DNA of 64,000 nucleotides from assembly GCA_946965045.2 (NCBI GenBank), contig OX337238.1:1612001-1676000 (forward strand). Reading direction: 5' to 3'. A program made the position numbers and the translations under genes. Source of the stretch: Epithemia pelagica (taxonomy: Eukaryota; Protista; Bacillariophyta). Shown piece by piece: positions 53,201 to 64,000 of the stretch. The notes beneath the pieces were generated by a model. That model ran no database searches. It was not told the DNA's origin and saw only the letters and a list, made by a program, of their open reading frames with translations. The first letter of the stretch is position 1, and the number at the start of each line of letters is the position of its first letter.

Positions 53201-53282
53201 GTTGTGGCAAGACGGTGCGTCTAAGGGCAGCGTCACGCGCCCCCAAAACGCACACCCCATACGCGCCGTCGGCATGCGCCAT
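49014..53282 (-). CDS. Copia Pol (protease, integrase, RT, RNase H); N-terminal boundary uncertain
   Basis: IDSGAT; WHYRLCH...CASCQFGK; VSMDHF/YQSDNG/QNGIAERGI; KARLCVRGD, DYTNAF, VYIDD; YVDADFAG, EDNNG, ADCLTK. Confidence 0.92.
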   Translation of the reverse strand: MAHADGAYGVCVLGARDAALRRTVLPQQKPRRSTTRKTRRCFRFLPILVLPGLFCCYLGVMMSTHSFVLGIDAPLTKFPSLAFASRVYHRRLFGQPNSKITLAFKYHRRTFYLPPRWRRRRRRKRHDLDDASPADDDPPPSPFPKPPDPDPLEELSFSILFPTAVPHQAQANTAEPSTEGAPLAWNFLSESSASTFSVTIDSGATITITPFRDDFVEYSAQTGSVLQGLAKGLPIDGTGIVLWRMQLDDGSYTEMEAPAYHVSTARCRLFSPQSYLQHKEATSAENVLESFVIRGSTLRFETVDGKVASISYHPENNLPTCTMANVQPSPSVNQACVTHTQNPNLTTAQKELMKWHYRLCHHGLAAIQRLMQSGALGPSSLIKAASKCEWPKCASCQFGKTKRRPTDTSTKTIVREREYGLKKDQLFPVQRVSMDHFVVKQKGRLYSSRGQSHEDSMYSGGCIFVDHATGDIHIEHLVNFTATETIAAKQRYEKRMFDFGITVQAYQSDNGIFASKAFVNEIESGLQNIKFSGVGAHHQNGIAERGIGTILSKARTILLHAAIRWPDAADTSLWPMAVDYVVFQHNHMPRTSTGMMSPMEMIMKSKVGRQALEDMHVWGCPCYVLDPTLQDGHKLPKWKPRSRRGIFFGFSKRHSSRVPLVLNTKTGHILPQFHVVFDDWFTNVIGASPDRPFDQSEWTQLFADSRYHYAFDEDDPITLADEWVDQHEDHVDRSSQIRNTQQRVRFVDQNDPPEPDTTAQQREQDKPATDDQPSEPNPPQQQEEPLQPVEEEPPAAIEEPPSSPQQQPQPQPEPSPSLRRSGRTRKAPLRWGYDGTQGAGYQALASFAAFVTNETTSAAYQAFLDLDTDSDTFGFRDPIVYQASSKKNNPDLPSYYEAMTGDDREGYVAAMGNEVKELEDKGTWVMTLRSEMEKHGGKALPSTWAFGRKRYPEGSVRKLKARLCVRGDKQTYGLDYFETYAPVVQWITIRLVLLMVLVYNWETVQTDYTNAFAQAFLTEDVYMELPKDFAPDTEDGEEYVLHLKKSLYGLKQAPLSWYDHLKGHLEQRGFKQSAFDPCLFYEPTKRILCLVYIDDVIWAGPDKARIMKVLESLKDDLEMTVEGDVSAYLGIDFERLNNGQIKLKQYGLIDNKVLNATGLQDCNPDKTPESQKPLGKDQDGEDYAEQWSYASVVGMLLHLASNSRPEIAYAVHQCARLTHNPKASHAKAVKRICRYLKGTRDQGMILTFSKDCLSVDCYVDADFAGQWNSEDPQDLLCVKSRTGYVLMVGNCPVHWVSKLQTEIAVSTMEAKYIALSLAMRDLIPLRGLVDEIKAMFNIDELPCRAYSKVFEDNNGTILLATSPQMTPRSKHIAVKYHFFKEHVYNGNIRLVKVASDEQVADCLTKGLHKTLFQRARKMLAGW

Positions 53283-53591
53283 TTTTCGTACCCGGTTTTT
53301 TTATACGGATTTACACCATTTTGACTAATCCCCCCCCCCCCCCCCCCCACCACCACCACGCACATACAACATCATACACATTCACGGCGACCCTAGCTTC
53401 CACGCACGCACACTCCCATCTTCCACGCACAGAGAACTTACCTTCTAAGCACACTGACCTTGCCCTTCACGTCCAAAACACTCTGAACACAAAGTACCAA
53501 CCTCATCGGAACAAGGCATCTATACACCCTCTCCACAGGTGCAATAACACAAGGGCAAACCCCCAATCTCTCCTATCCCATTCTCCAATGA

Positions 53592-53790
53592 CACCAGCGG
53601 AAGCCACTCACCTTTTGCATCCCATGCTCCGAAAGCACCGGCGGAAGCCACACACCATTAGCATCCCATGCTCCGAAAGCACTGGCAGAAGCCACCCACC
53701 TTTTGCATCTCAGGCACCGAAAGCACCGGCAGAAGCCACCCACCTTTTGCATCTCAGGCTCCAAAAGCACCAACAGAAGCCACACACTTA
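53592..53790 (+). repeat. 44-bp tandem repeat, ~4.5 copies
   Basis: GAAGCCAC anchors at 53600, 53644, 53688, 53732 and 53776. Confidence 0.92.
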
Positions 53791-53872
53791 TGGTAACTCA
53801 TTTCACAACACAATCGATACCATCCACAGAAGAATGTGAAAACATGCACAGAAGCTAATGAAGAGATACTAT

Positions 53873-55873
53873 TTAAGAAAACCAGAGTCTGTGCTTCCTC
53901 CGCTTTTTCTGCTGCGGTTGATCTTGATCAGCACTGTCCACATATCCCATCCTCTCCCGATGTTTCTTAAGAAGATTCTCCATGAACACATTTTGTCTCT
54001 GAAACAGTCCATCAACTGATACATATTCTCGATCATCCCTCACCTTCTGCTGCAATTCATAAAGACGATCAAGGCCAATATCACTCATACCACGTCCCTT
54101 TTTGTTTGCACAACCTGGCTACTTGTATTGTTCTACTCCATCTGTATCAATGTCCTCATTAATTTGGTGCGCTTGACACCAAGCAGGGTCTTCTTTGTAC
54201 AACTTTTGTTTGAACTCTTGTCTGCTCCTCAGAGCCCATGCATCCCATGAATCTTCAAGAGCCAAGAGAATGAAAGCTTCATCACTTGTAGTAAACTTAC
54301 TCATCGCTTCCTTCCATATTGCTTGCTTTTGTGCTTCTGGTGTATTAGCTGTAATATCTTGATTAATGATATCTCTCACCATTCCATCTCCATAAACCGA
54401 CCCCCCAAATACTTCAAACATGAAAACATAAGCATCATTGTCTCCATTCACTCCTCTCATTTGCATCATCTCTTCAAGACTTGGCATAGGACCTAGATTT
54501 TCATCGTCAACCAATAACTTAGGGAATTGTCGCTGAACAATTCCACCACCATGTGTTCTCCATAGATTCAACGAGAAATGTTCTGCCAGGCAGGAAGGCT
54601 CATGTTAGAGCAAAACTTTCCACAAGAATGAGAACAAGATAGCACCAAGACAGTACCGACTTACTCATGAACCTGAACCTTAGTGATTGTAGAACATTTG
54701 ATCTCTTGCGTCTGAATTCTTTCCTCAAATGGGGGGAATACCTTTCCCACCACTTTGCCTTAGCCACATCACCAATAATCTTTTCTCGTTCGAAATACGC
54801 CTTGAAGTGATCCTTCCCCAAATGCCATAATCCATTATCATCTGCATCACAATCATCGGCAAGTGAGAAATACTTCACGTACCTCCAAGCAACATCAGGC
54901 ACAAAAGTCTGGAACTCATCCGTACGACAAGCTAAGGGTAGATCCTGGTATTTGCTCCTGCTCTTTCTTTGCTGTTCTCTCTCTCTTTCCCGCTTGTCTT
55001 CTCTCCTTCTTTCCCTCTCACCAGCCGTTGCATTAGCCCCAGAACTCTGACCATCACTAGTACCATAGATAGATGATGCAACCATTGAGCTATTGCCTCC
55101 GACTTCCATGGCTACAAGAGATGATGACGACCAAGAGAGATCAGAAAGTGAGGAAACATCATCCATCCAGAAGTCCACATCTTTTTCGATTGTACATTTC
55201 CAAACCCACATCAACCCAGATTAGAGTTCCACTCTAACCAGTCAATACTGATAGGGCACAAACAAAACAAAGGAAGTACACCTTACTTACAAACGCGACT
55301 GACTCCTCCACCACCACCACCACCACCACCACCCATAACCTCTTCCATAATATTTCCAACATCTTGGTGCGACATTACAGTCACACCACTATTGTCATTA
55401 GCTGCGCACTCAATATTATTTGTATCCATATGGTGCATCTGTGTTTGCTGTGGTTGGTGAACACCAGCGCCTCCTTGCATCAGAACGCCCCCATTGGGTG
55501 GGTATGGGACAGACATCATCTGCTGTTGTGGGTATGCTTGATGCACCATAATACCAGTTCCTTGTTGTTGATAAATCGTAGATGATGAGGCGGCCGGGAA
55601 ATGATGATGTTGTTGCCCCCCAACAGGAGCTTGGGAATAATTGAACTGTGTATGGACCTGATGTTGTTGTTGCCCCTGAGGAAGAAATGACAACACCGAT
55701 GGATTTGGTTGCTGGTGAGGATAAGGATGGGTATGATTCGGATATGGAGCAACTCCATTCGCATTATAAGGAACTCGTTGACCATGGTCGACTCCATTCA
55801 TAACAGCAGTATTGTGTTCGGATTCCATAGGTGCTCCTGTATTAGTAACACCACGGGTTCTTGTACAGCTCAT
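53873..55873 (-). pseudogene. Multi-exon accessory gene of the Plavaka-like element, disrupted
   Basis: Intron 54664-54583 (GTAAGT...CAG) joins LRFRFM|KHFSLNLW in frame. In-frame TAG at 54119-54121 separates EQYK from PGCANKKGRGMSDIGLDRLYEL. Contains motif FTTSDEAFILLALEDSWDAW and a Gln/His-rich upstream exon. Confidence 0.6.
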
Positions 55874-56633
55874 GGTACTACCTTGGTCCTGGGATTCGTT
55901 GGATGAAGCTCCCCGTCCTCCTCTTTCCTGAAATATTACCTGACTCTTTTCAGATACGGATCCTGAATCCTCTTGGTTACGGTCATCATTGCTATTCTTG
56001 TTGTTGACATCTCTGATCGTTATTTCTTCGTCGTCTGTTTCATCATCGGTACTGCTTTCTCCAGCATCTTTGCCACCAGATTAACCATGGAACGCTGAAT
56101 TCTTACTGCTTTGGTTGTCCTTTTTATCTTGCTTTGGATCACCACAGTGTTGGCTTCCTTGTTTTCTATTCTTGGTCCCCTGGTTTGTTTCAGAATGGGG
56201 CGACATGACAAGAAGAGTATACCTGATATAAGAAGTGTTGACAATGCAATGAGTTTTGGATGCAACAAGAGGAGAATGTTATGCCAATCCGTTTTCATTG
56301 AGGTCTTACCTTTCGACTATCAACTTTCAAAAGTCGAGCCGTTTGTTCCGAGTACACACGGTTTTTTTTAAATTGAACCAAATCGACAGGCGACAATTAT
56401 ACATTCAAATGTCCAATGCCACATGGGCATTTGTGTTCGTTCCGATCCCATGTACTGATAGACTCATAGTTTATGTGGAATAGTATGGGGGATGGGGGGG
56501 GGGGGGGGGTTAAACCATCCACAACCAATGAGAAAGCGAGCCGGGCGACCATAAAATCGAAACCATTCGTGTCAGTCGTCACACTAGCAATGATTCTCAT
56601 TCCACAAAGACTAAGGACCACAAAACCAATACC

Positions 56634-59600
56634 ATGGGCCGTCCTTGTAAACCAAGGTATTTAAGAAATAAACCTTCCGTCATCAAAGATCAATGGGTGG
56701 GCGAAGATCCAAATGCGAGTACAGGTGGTTCCATTCTTCCATGTCGTAAACGTAGAAATTGTCATGTATTATTCCACGTCTCCGGTATCTTCCAACATGA
56801 AAGGGTTTGTAATACCAAGAGAGAAAACAGCACTTTGGTCTCACATGCATTGGAGCACGAATCGTCCATGATATGCCACGAAACTGCTGGAGTCGAGAAC
56901 AATACCTCTCATGATAAAGATCAGGGAAATCATTTAGAAAATGGAGGAACCGATGATAGTGCTGTAGGGATTTCAGAAAATGGAGGAACCGATGATAGTG
57001 CTGTAGGGATACCCTGGGCGGACGATCGAGAAGATGAGGAAAGAGAGGATCTGCAACCCACTACACAAAAACAACCCATCGTGAGAAAGCCATGTGGGAA
57101 TAGTACAAATATTGCTCATTCCTTGCTGTCATCTGAGAATGAGGAAGAATCAGATGAGGACCAAGAAGAGGGACCACCAGCAGATCATGATGATGGGCTC
57201 CAACAAACTGTCGATGACAATGAGGATGTCCAAGGCAAAGGTTCATCCAGTGATGACCATGTTATTGATGAAAACTCAAAAGACAATCCTTTGGAATTTC
57301 CAATGTATCTTGAACAAAATGGTCTCCGATTTTCCGAAGATGACAAGGCTTTATTGAGGTTGGCCATACTCCTCCGGAATGCTGGGTGTCCGAAGTTCAT
57401 GTTCGATGCCATTTTGGCATGGATTGATTCTACTAACGAGTGTTGTGGCTCACGTTTTTTCAATAAAAAACATCCACGGCGAAAGGGATTCATGGCGAAA
57501 TTCGAAAAAAGAGGTTTCGATTTCCCCAAACCAAAGATTGTCACCGTCCCAATGGAAGTTACAACCAAAAAGGATATAATCGTTCCAGACAGCGAGAAGT
57601 CCGTTGATACTGTTATATTTGATTTTGTGCATCAATTTCGACGTGTCTTGCAAGATCCTGAAGCCACTTCCAAGGATAAAACAATATTATGTGATGATGA
57701 CCCGTATCGCCCTTATATACCGAATAAATGTCTCGAAAACATACAAGATGGCCATGTTTTCCAACGTACCGTACGGAAATACAGACATGACAACGATACT
57801 TTCGTTGTTGGTTTATTGTCTTATGTGGATAAGACACACGCGACGGGGGATGGTCGGTTTAATGCGGAACCAGTTGTTAGGGTACCTTCATTTTTGACGA
57901 TGTCTGAAATGCGAAAACCGAATAGACAAATCATCTTAGGGTTGATCACAGATATGGAACGGAAGTCATCTGCGGCCAAATACATCTTGGATAGGGGGTC
58001 CCCCTGTCGGAATTATTATGCACAGCTCTCGCGAATACACCAAGCTCTTTTGAAGATACAGAATCGAGGTGGATTGTGGATGCGATTACGGATCCATGGG
58101 ATCGAGAAGGTGGTGAGATAAGTATTACCTGTGATCATGATAAAGGGAGATGCGAAGTCACAAGATAACATCGCAGGAAGATATGCATCTCATCATCAAA
58201 GTGTTGGCCGGCTTGTTTGGCAGTGTGATTGCACACCTCGGGAGTCTAGATACCCATGGTCCACATGCAACTACCTCTTCAAAAACCCTATCCATTTCAG
58301 AAGCCTCCGTGTGCTTGGTTTAGAAAAACCATCAGGAAACCCAGTAGTTATCGATTCTGGACAACCCGGTATAGATGATCCGAGAGAGGATCCTTGGAGA
58401 GAACCTGTGAACAATTCCAAGAAAATTTTACATCAGATTGGACAATACCCAGTGAACAACATATACAACCATTAGTATTTGGGTGAGGGTGTTAATAAAA
58501 CACATGGGATTTTTACTGCGGCATGTTGTGATGTATTACATACTTTGAAATCGGGGATCATGAAATATATCATGACTGATTTCTTTGCTCTGATGACAAT
58601 GAGAGAAAAAGCCATGTTTGATTTCTTGTACAGCTCTTTCTTCCGAGCCAACCGGCAGTCGGTATTCTCTTATTCTTCTAGTTGGGGGTACCCCAGAACA
58701 TCCTTCTCTGCAGGTATCAGTAATGTTACGAAGGTAACAGCCAATGAATGGGTTGGTATCATGTTTGTCTCAGCCGCTTTGTGTGTTTCTGTTCGTGGTC
58801 ATCTTATTTTCGCTTCGACTATGGCGGAGAAATGGAAAAAAGTAGTTGCAGAGTGGAAACAATGGTGCAAAGAAGAAGAAGAGAGACGAAAGAAAAAGGA
58901 AGAAGAGAAAGAACAGAAGAGAAAGAAAAAACAATTAGAAAAAAAAAGAAAAAACGACAACGAATGGGCGCTGGACAAAACAACGTATCCTCTACCAACA
59001 ATAAACGTCAACGACAATCGAAAAAGAAACAGGTTGTACACCACAGTATCGCTGATGATTCATCCGATTCGGATGAGAATGACTCATCTGTGGATGATAG
59101 GAACGAAGAAATAACCACAAATATCAACGACAATCTGCCCGGTCATGTACAGGAAAATGAAGATTACCAATATTGTGAACCTGACATTGAGGTACAGGTT
59201 ACGAGCGAAACAGTATTCGACGATGACCCTGTGGCATATGCATCGATCTGGGATGAAGGTGAGCGGGAACCATATCTGGATTTCCTCTTCCTGTTTGAGA
59301 CAATACTCTGTTTCAACAACTGGACAAGGATGGATAGATTTTGGGATAGCGACCCACGTTCTCCTGCCGCGAAGGAAACAGCGCGACGATCAGTTGAATC
59401 TGTCAAGATAATGATGGATGGTATACGGCGGTATGCACCACGATTGGATAAAAAAGGGAAACTGATGTGCAATGGTTGGATGATCCCAAAATACCACAAC
59501 TTGGTACATATAGTTCGACAGGTGTCCAATTTCGGCCCAGTTAAAATATCCGACACTGAATCAGAGGAGAGTAACCACAAAGAAATCGTCAAACTGAATG

Positions 59601-60763
59601 CCAAAACAGTACAAAAGCGGGGTAAGGGTGTCTTCAACAGTCAACTTGGTGATAATATATGGCAGATGCAGGCATGGGATCTGCTCTGTAAAGCATCTGG
59701 GATCAAACAAGATGACGTGGAGCTACTAAAAAATGGTCAATCTCCAACCCTTGCTGCAAGGAAAAAAAGAAGTCAAGTGTATCATAATCATGAGAATGAT
59801 GACAAGGAAGATGAAGAAGATAGATGTAAATTCAAGGGGCGAGGGACAACGATACAAATCCAATTGGTCAGATCAGGACGGACAGAGAGCCCCGTGGTCA
59901 AGTGTACTTACAAGTATATTTCAAAAACAAATACCGGTATGATCCTCCCAAAAGTAATCCTTGACTTTCTAGTGAAACATGCAGGTGCACTCTTCACACA
60001 AATGAATATAATACAACAGAATGACACAAGTGATTACATCATGATCCATGGGTGTACAGAGGTCAAATTCAGGGACGAAAACATAGGTGGTATCCGATGT
60101 CATCCGAATTTCCAAAGTGAGGGTCCTTGGAGAGACTGGGTGAAAGCATGGATCCCACGACACCAGCGAACACCATTCACTGACACTGCAACAGGTAATC
60201 AGGGAACAGACAATATCTTGGTACTCTGTCAGGTTTTATGCTTCATACACAGACCATGGGAACAACGGGAAAGTGCTGGTCTCATGCAAGAACAGGGAAA
60301 TGATGCTCGTACATCAAGAATCCACCAAGAAAATCCGGGAGATGTCACACATGCTTTACTACGAACCACTTATTGTCGTAGTGACAAGGATAAAGAGAAG
60401 TCCTCCGTCCTTTTCATTCGATGGAGCAAGGCCTTTACCCGGAATTCCCGTGTTCCCGATCTTGTAGTGGTTCCTATCACCAATATAGTTGAATTGGTAG
60501 GAGTGATCGATGAAAACCCGGAAATGATCCAACACCGAGATAAGGTACCGGAATACCTGTATTCTGATGCGGAAAGAGAAATATTGCTTGAATATACTCG
60601 GAACCACAGGACCTATTCCGATATTGTATGGGAGGTACTTCCTGCCAGTAAATGGGCCAAGGAGTTCAATGACTCAGCAAGTGATTCGTTGAGAGCAAGA
60701 TATACATCTTCATCAGATCCTTCACAAACAACAACAACAGATCGTAACACTGCTGGATCATGA
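56634..60763 (+). pseudogene. Plavaka-type transposase pseudogene
   Basis: Motifs SYVDKT...EPV, IKGDAKSQD...GRY, DVLHTLKSG, FPR/YPRTSF, PKYHNLVH...FGP...DTESEESNHK and IRCHPNF...PWRDW. In-frame stops at 58119-58121 (TAA) and 58473-58475 (TAG); frameshift in an A-run near 59020. Confidence 0.72.
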
Positions 60764-61163
60764 AGGTGTCAGTGAAAGTTGTTCTGTATAACCAATGGGG
60801 TTGGGGTGGGGGTGGGGGTGGGGGTGGGGGTGGGGGTTTCCAACCAACAACAAAGGTCATGGGGGATGTCCGAGTGGTATCCATTATATTTATTTCAGAG
60901 AAGTGGTCCCAATAATATACTCCCCAACATGTCGGAGTGGTACTCGGTTTATTAAAAAGAGTGACACGTGATGAGGGATAGTATGAGATAGATGTCCATG
61001 TGGTATCCACAAACGGCAGCCGACCCATTATTCTTCATAAAAAAAAGACATCTTAGTAGATGTCTCGTCTCTTCTTTTTCTTGAATGTGATAGGTTCATT
61101 CTGTTTGATCATCAAGTAATCATTTTTACACAAGCGGTGAGATAATACTCTCTGGCTTAAGCA

Positions 61164-62355
61164 ATGTTGAGCAATCCATACAAAAAACCACGCACCATGA
61201 CGAACCCATACAACAAACGCCGAAAACCACAAAGTAACAAACCACAAAACAAGGGGGTACTTAGTGAAAGCCGTGGAAACAATCTTCATCCAGAAGAAAC
61301 CCAGTTCCAAAATGACGGCGACATCACATTTCTCGAGGATTTATTTCAATTGAGAGAAGAGAAATTCCAGAAAGAGAAGAAAGGACATCACAAAAATAAC
61401 AACAGCAACCACGTCGATGAATTGGCACCACGAGTAGGAGATGTCAGCTCTCCTGAACCAGGTATATCCGTCGAAGGGCATCACGAGAAAACAGAGTCTC
61501 CAAAGAAAACAGAGACTCCTGGTAACGTTGTTGTACCACCATCCATTCCCCGATACAACTATCGTTCCACATACTAATCCCAAGAAAACGGTCATTCGCA
61601 ATCCATATGCGGTCAAAAGCCGTATCATTGACCCCTCTGTGGTCACTGCGAAATTTAAGACAATACCATTGGCTCCGGAATCACCGAGTTATTCTGATCG
61701 AGTTGGTGACCGAGATGCAGACTTTCACCCTGAAGTGGTTAAGTTCACCAGACTTGCCAACAAGGTATTGGGTTCTACAGAGAATATAGCAGATGCCATT
61801 TGTCCAGTTTGTTTGTTTCAAGATAACCCAACAACCGATCGGTATCTAACAGGAAAATTCTGGCATCCTTTTGGTACTACTCACCGGTGCCGTGACCATT
61901 GTTACGGTTGTGGGGTACATTGTGATGTATGCGAAACAGGTGGCAATGAATACAAATGCTGACAATGCATTTTCGACCACGATGGTAAACTCCATGATAA
62001 ACTTGTGGATCGCACATGTACTTATGTTCCAATCGTATGTAAGGGTTGCCTCCGACCATGCAATTCAAATGGAGAATGTGTCAGTATTCGGGTCTGTTGG
62101 AAGTCCAACAATAAATATTTCATATGGCGTTTCTGTATGATCGTTCGAAGAGCCTTACTCTTGAATCAATACAGGCCTGACCTGACTTCTGGGGTAGGAG
62201 GGATACCCCGATACACACAGGTGGTCATAGTCAAAGCAGTTCAACAGATGTACAAGGACCTCCGGTACCCCAATGAATCATCACAATTCTCTAGCCCCTT
62301 CATACACATGGGAACAGAGGTCGAGTGGACAAAATGGTTGGTATCAACCTGCTTC
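61164..62355 (+). pseudogene. Cys-rich (multiple CxxC) protein, disrupted; partly duplicated downstream
   Basis: CPVC, CRDHC, CYGC, CDVC, C*QC (TGA at 61960-61962) and CKGC motifs; frameshift near 61545; NPY repeats at the N-terminus. Confidence 0.55.
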
Positions 62356-63503
62356 ATACAACAAACGCCGAAAACCACAAAGTAACAAACCACAAAACAA
62401 GGGGGTACTTAGTGAAAGCCGTGGAAACAATCTTCATCCAGAAGAAACCCAGTTCCAAAATGACGGCGACATCACATTTCTCGAGGATTTATTTCAATTG
62501 AGAGAAGAGAAATTCCAGAAAGAGAAGAAAGGACATCACAAAAATAACAACAGCAACCACGTCGATGAATTGGCACCACGAGTAGGAGATGTCAGCTCTC
62601 CTGAACCAGGTATATCCGTCGAAGGGCATCACGAGAAAACAGAGTCTCCAAAGAAAACAGAGACTCCTGGTAACGTTGTTGTACCACCATCCATTCCCCG
62701 ATACAACTATCGTTCCACATACTAATCCCAAGAAAACGGTCATTCGCAATCCATATGCGGTCAAAAGCCGTATCATTGACCCCTCTGTGGTCACTGCGAA
62801 ATTTAAGACAATACCATTGGCTCCGGAATCACCGAGTTATTCTGATCGAGTTGGTGACCGAGATGCAGACTTTCACCCTGAAGTGGTTAAGTTCACCAGA
62901 CTTGCCAACAAGGTATTGGGTTCTACAGAGAATATAGCAGATGCCATTTGTCCAGTTTGTTTGTTTCAAGATAACCCAACAACCGATCGGTATCTAACAG
63001 GAAAATTCTGGCATCCTTTTGGTACTACTCACCGGTGCCGTGACCATTGTTACGGTTGTGGGGTACATTGTGATGTATGCGAAACAGGTGGCAATGAATA
63101 CAAATGCTGACAATGCATTTTCGACCACGATGGTAAACTCCATGATAAACTTGTGGATCGCACATGTACTTATGTTCCAATCGTATGTAAGGGTTGCCTC
63201 CGACCATGCAATTCAAATGGAGAATGTGTCAGTATTCGGGTCTGTTGGAAGTCCAACAATAAATATTTCATATGGCGTTTCTGTATGATCGTTCGAAGAG
63301 CCTTACTCTTGAATCAATACAGGCCTGACCTGACTTCTGGGGTAGGAGGGATACCCCGATACACACAGGTGGTCATAGTCAAAGCAGTTCAACAGATGTA
63401 CAAGGACCTCCGGTACCCCAATGAATCATCACAATTCTCTAGCCCCTTCATACACATGGGAACAGAGGTCGAGTGGACAAAATGGTTGGTATCAACCTGC
63501 TTC
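61208..63503 (+). repeat. Head-to-tail tandem duplication, 2 x 1148 bp
   Basis: Units 61208-62355 and 62356-63503; all contained ORFs recur with identical translations at offset 1148. Confidence 0.95.
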
Positions 63504-63596
63504 GGTCCCTTTTTCAATCACATGGTGTTATTCCGATACTGTTTCCAAGCCATCATGAACCTCAAAGAGAATACCGCGACTTAAATTAAAACAGAC

Positions 63597-64000
63597 GTCG
63601 ATGTCCCAAACTTCCATGGACATGGAGCAAAGACACCGTCCTATAGCTTGAATCACTCCAAATATCGGTAGAGACACTTGGGAGATCATAGGCATGGATA
63701 ATATAGGCTCTGAACTCATCTACCATGGACTGAAAGTCTTGTTGTAGACCATACCAGTGTGGTGTTGTCGATGTACCAAACTTCCATGGACATGGAGCAA
63801 AGACACCGTCCTATAGCTTGAATCACTCCAAATATCGGTAGAGACACTTGGGAGATCATAGGCATGGATAATATAGGCTCTGAACTCATCTACCATGGAC
63901 CAAAAGTTTTGTCGTAGACCATACCAGTGTGGTGTTGTCGATGTACTAAACTTCCATGGACATGGAGCAAAGACACCGTCCTATAGCTTGAATCACTCCA
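63597..64000 (+). repeat. 170-bp tandem repeat, at least 2.4 copies, continuing past the window edge
   Basis: GTCGATGT anchors at 63597, 63767 and 63937; few substitutions between units. Confidence 0.93.

Larger units (their letters stand above)
53300..64000. mobile_element. Decayed Plavaka (CMC/EnSpm-related) DNA transposon region with accessory genes; ends not resolved
   Basis: Plavaka-like transposase pseudogene, a divergent multi-exon accessory pseudogene, a Cys-rich pseudogene, and tandem repeats at both sides. Left boundary inferred from loss of copia sequence. Confidence 0.55.

Noticed and set aside
53592-53790. CRISPR-like reading of the 44-bp repeats, the TGTATCG arrays or the 170-bp repeats
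   Set aside because: No unique spacers of constant length, no cas genes, and a eukaryotic context.
53321-53839. 172-aa ORF across the 44-bp repeat
   Set aside because: The repeat period is not a multiple of 3, so each unit reads in a different frame; unlikely to be coding.
54119-55873. Minus-strand ORFs as the missing gag of the second copia
   Set aside because: They contain spliceosomal introns and no CCHC knuckle or gag-like motif; they fit a DNA-transposon accessory gene better.
9795-61962. Stop-codon reassignment or readthrough to explain the many in-frame TAG/TAA/TGA codons
   Set aside because: Intact host genes end normally in TAG/TAA (e.g. 30013-30015, 31974-31976), all three stop types occur, and the same genes also have frameshifts. 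Pseudogenisation is simpler.

Overview
Eukaryotic, diatom-like (pennate-type) genomic DNA; the organism is inferred from gene style and CoDi-like retroelements. Host genes: mucin-like membrane protein, NAT8-like GNAT, LRR protein, GT90 glycosyltransferase pseudogene, REase-like+kinase protein, TPR-Aha1 co-chaperone, RluA pseudouridine synthase, a secreted protein and an interrupted Old Yellow Enzyme. They are interleaved with a dense, partly nested set of mobile elements. These are: an intact, very young Ty1/copia element (12159-19877; TC...CA termini, ATATT TSD, a half-tRNA-Asn-type PBS, a chromo-like integrase tail); a four-ORF PIF/Harbinger-like unit bracketed by TGTATCG arrays (~19.9-24.8 kb); a 9.7-kb IS630/Tc1/mariner-type element with 34-bp TIRs and TA TSD (34753-44463); two MITEs; a second, 5'-truncated copia inserted in the OYE gene; and a decayed Plavaka-like element with tandem duplications running off the right end. 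The standout is the 9.7-kb element, which carries a giant DD250E transposase plus a cargo gene fusing a SET domain to a 2OG-Fe(II) oxygenase fold, a candidate transposon-borne chromatin-modifying module. All family assignments come from motifs recognised by eye; no searches were run.
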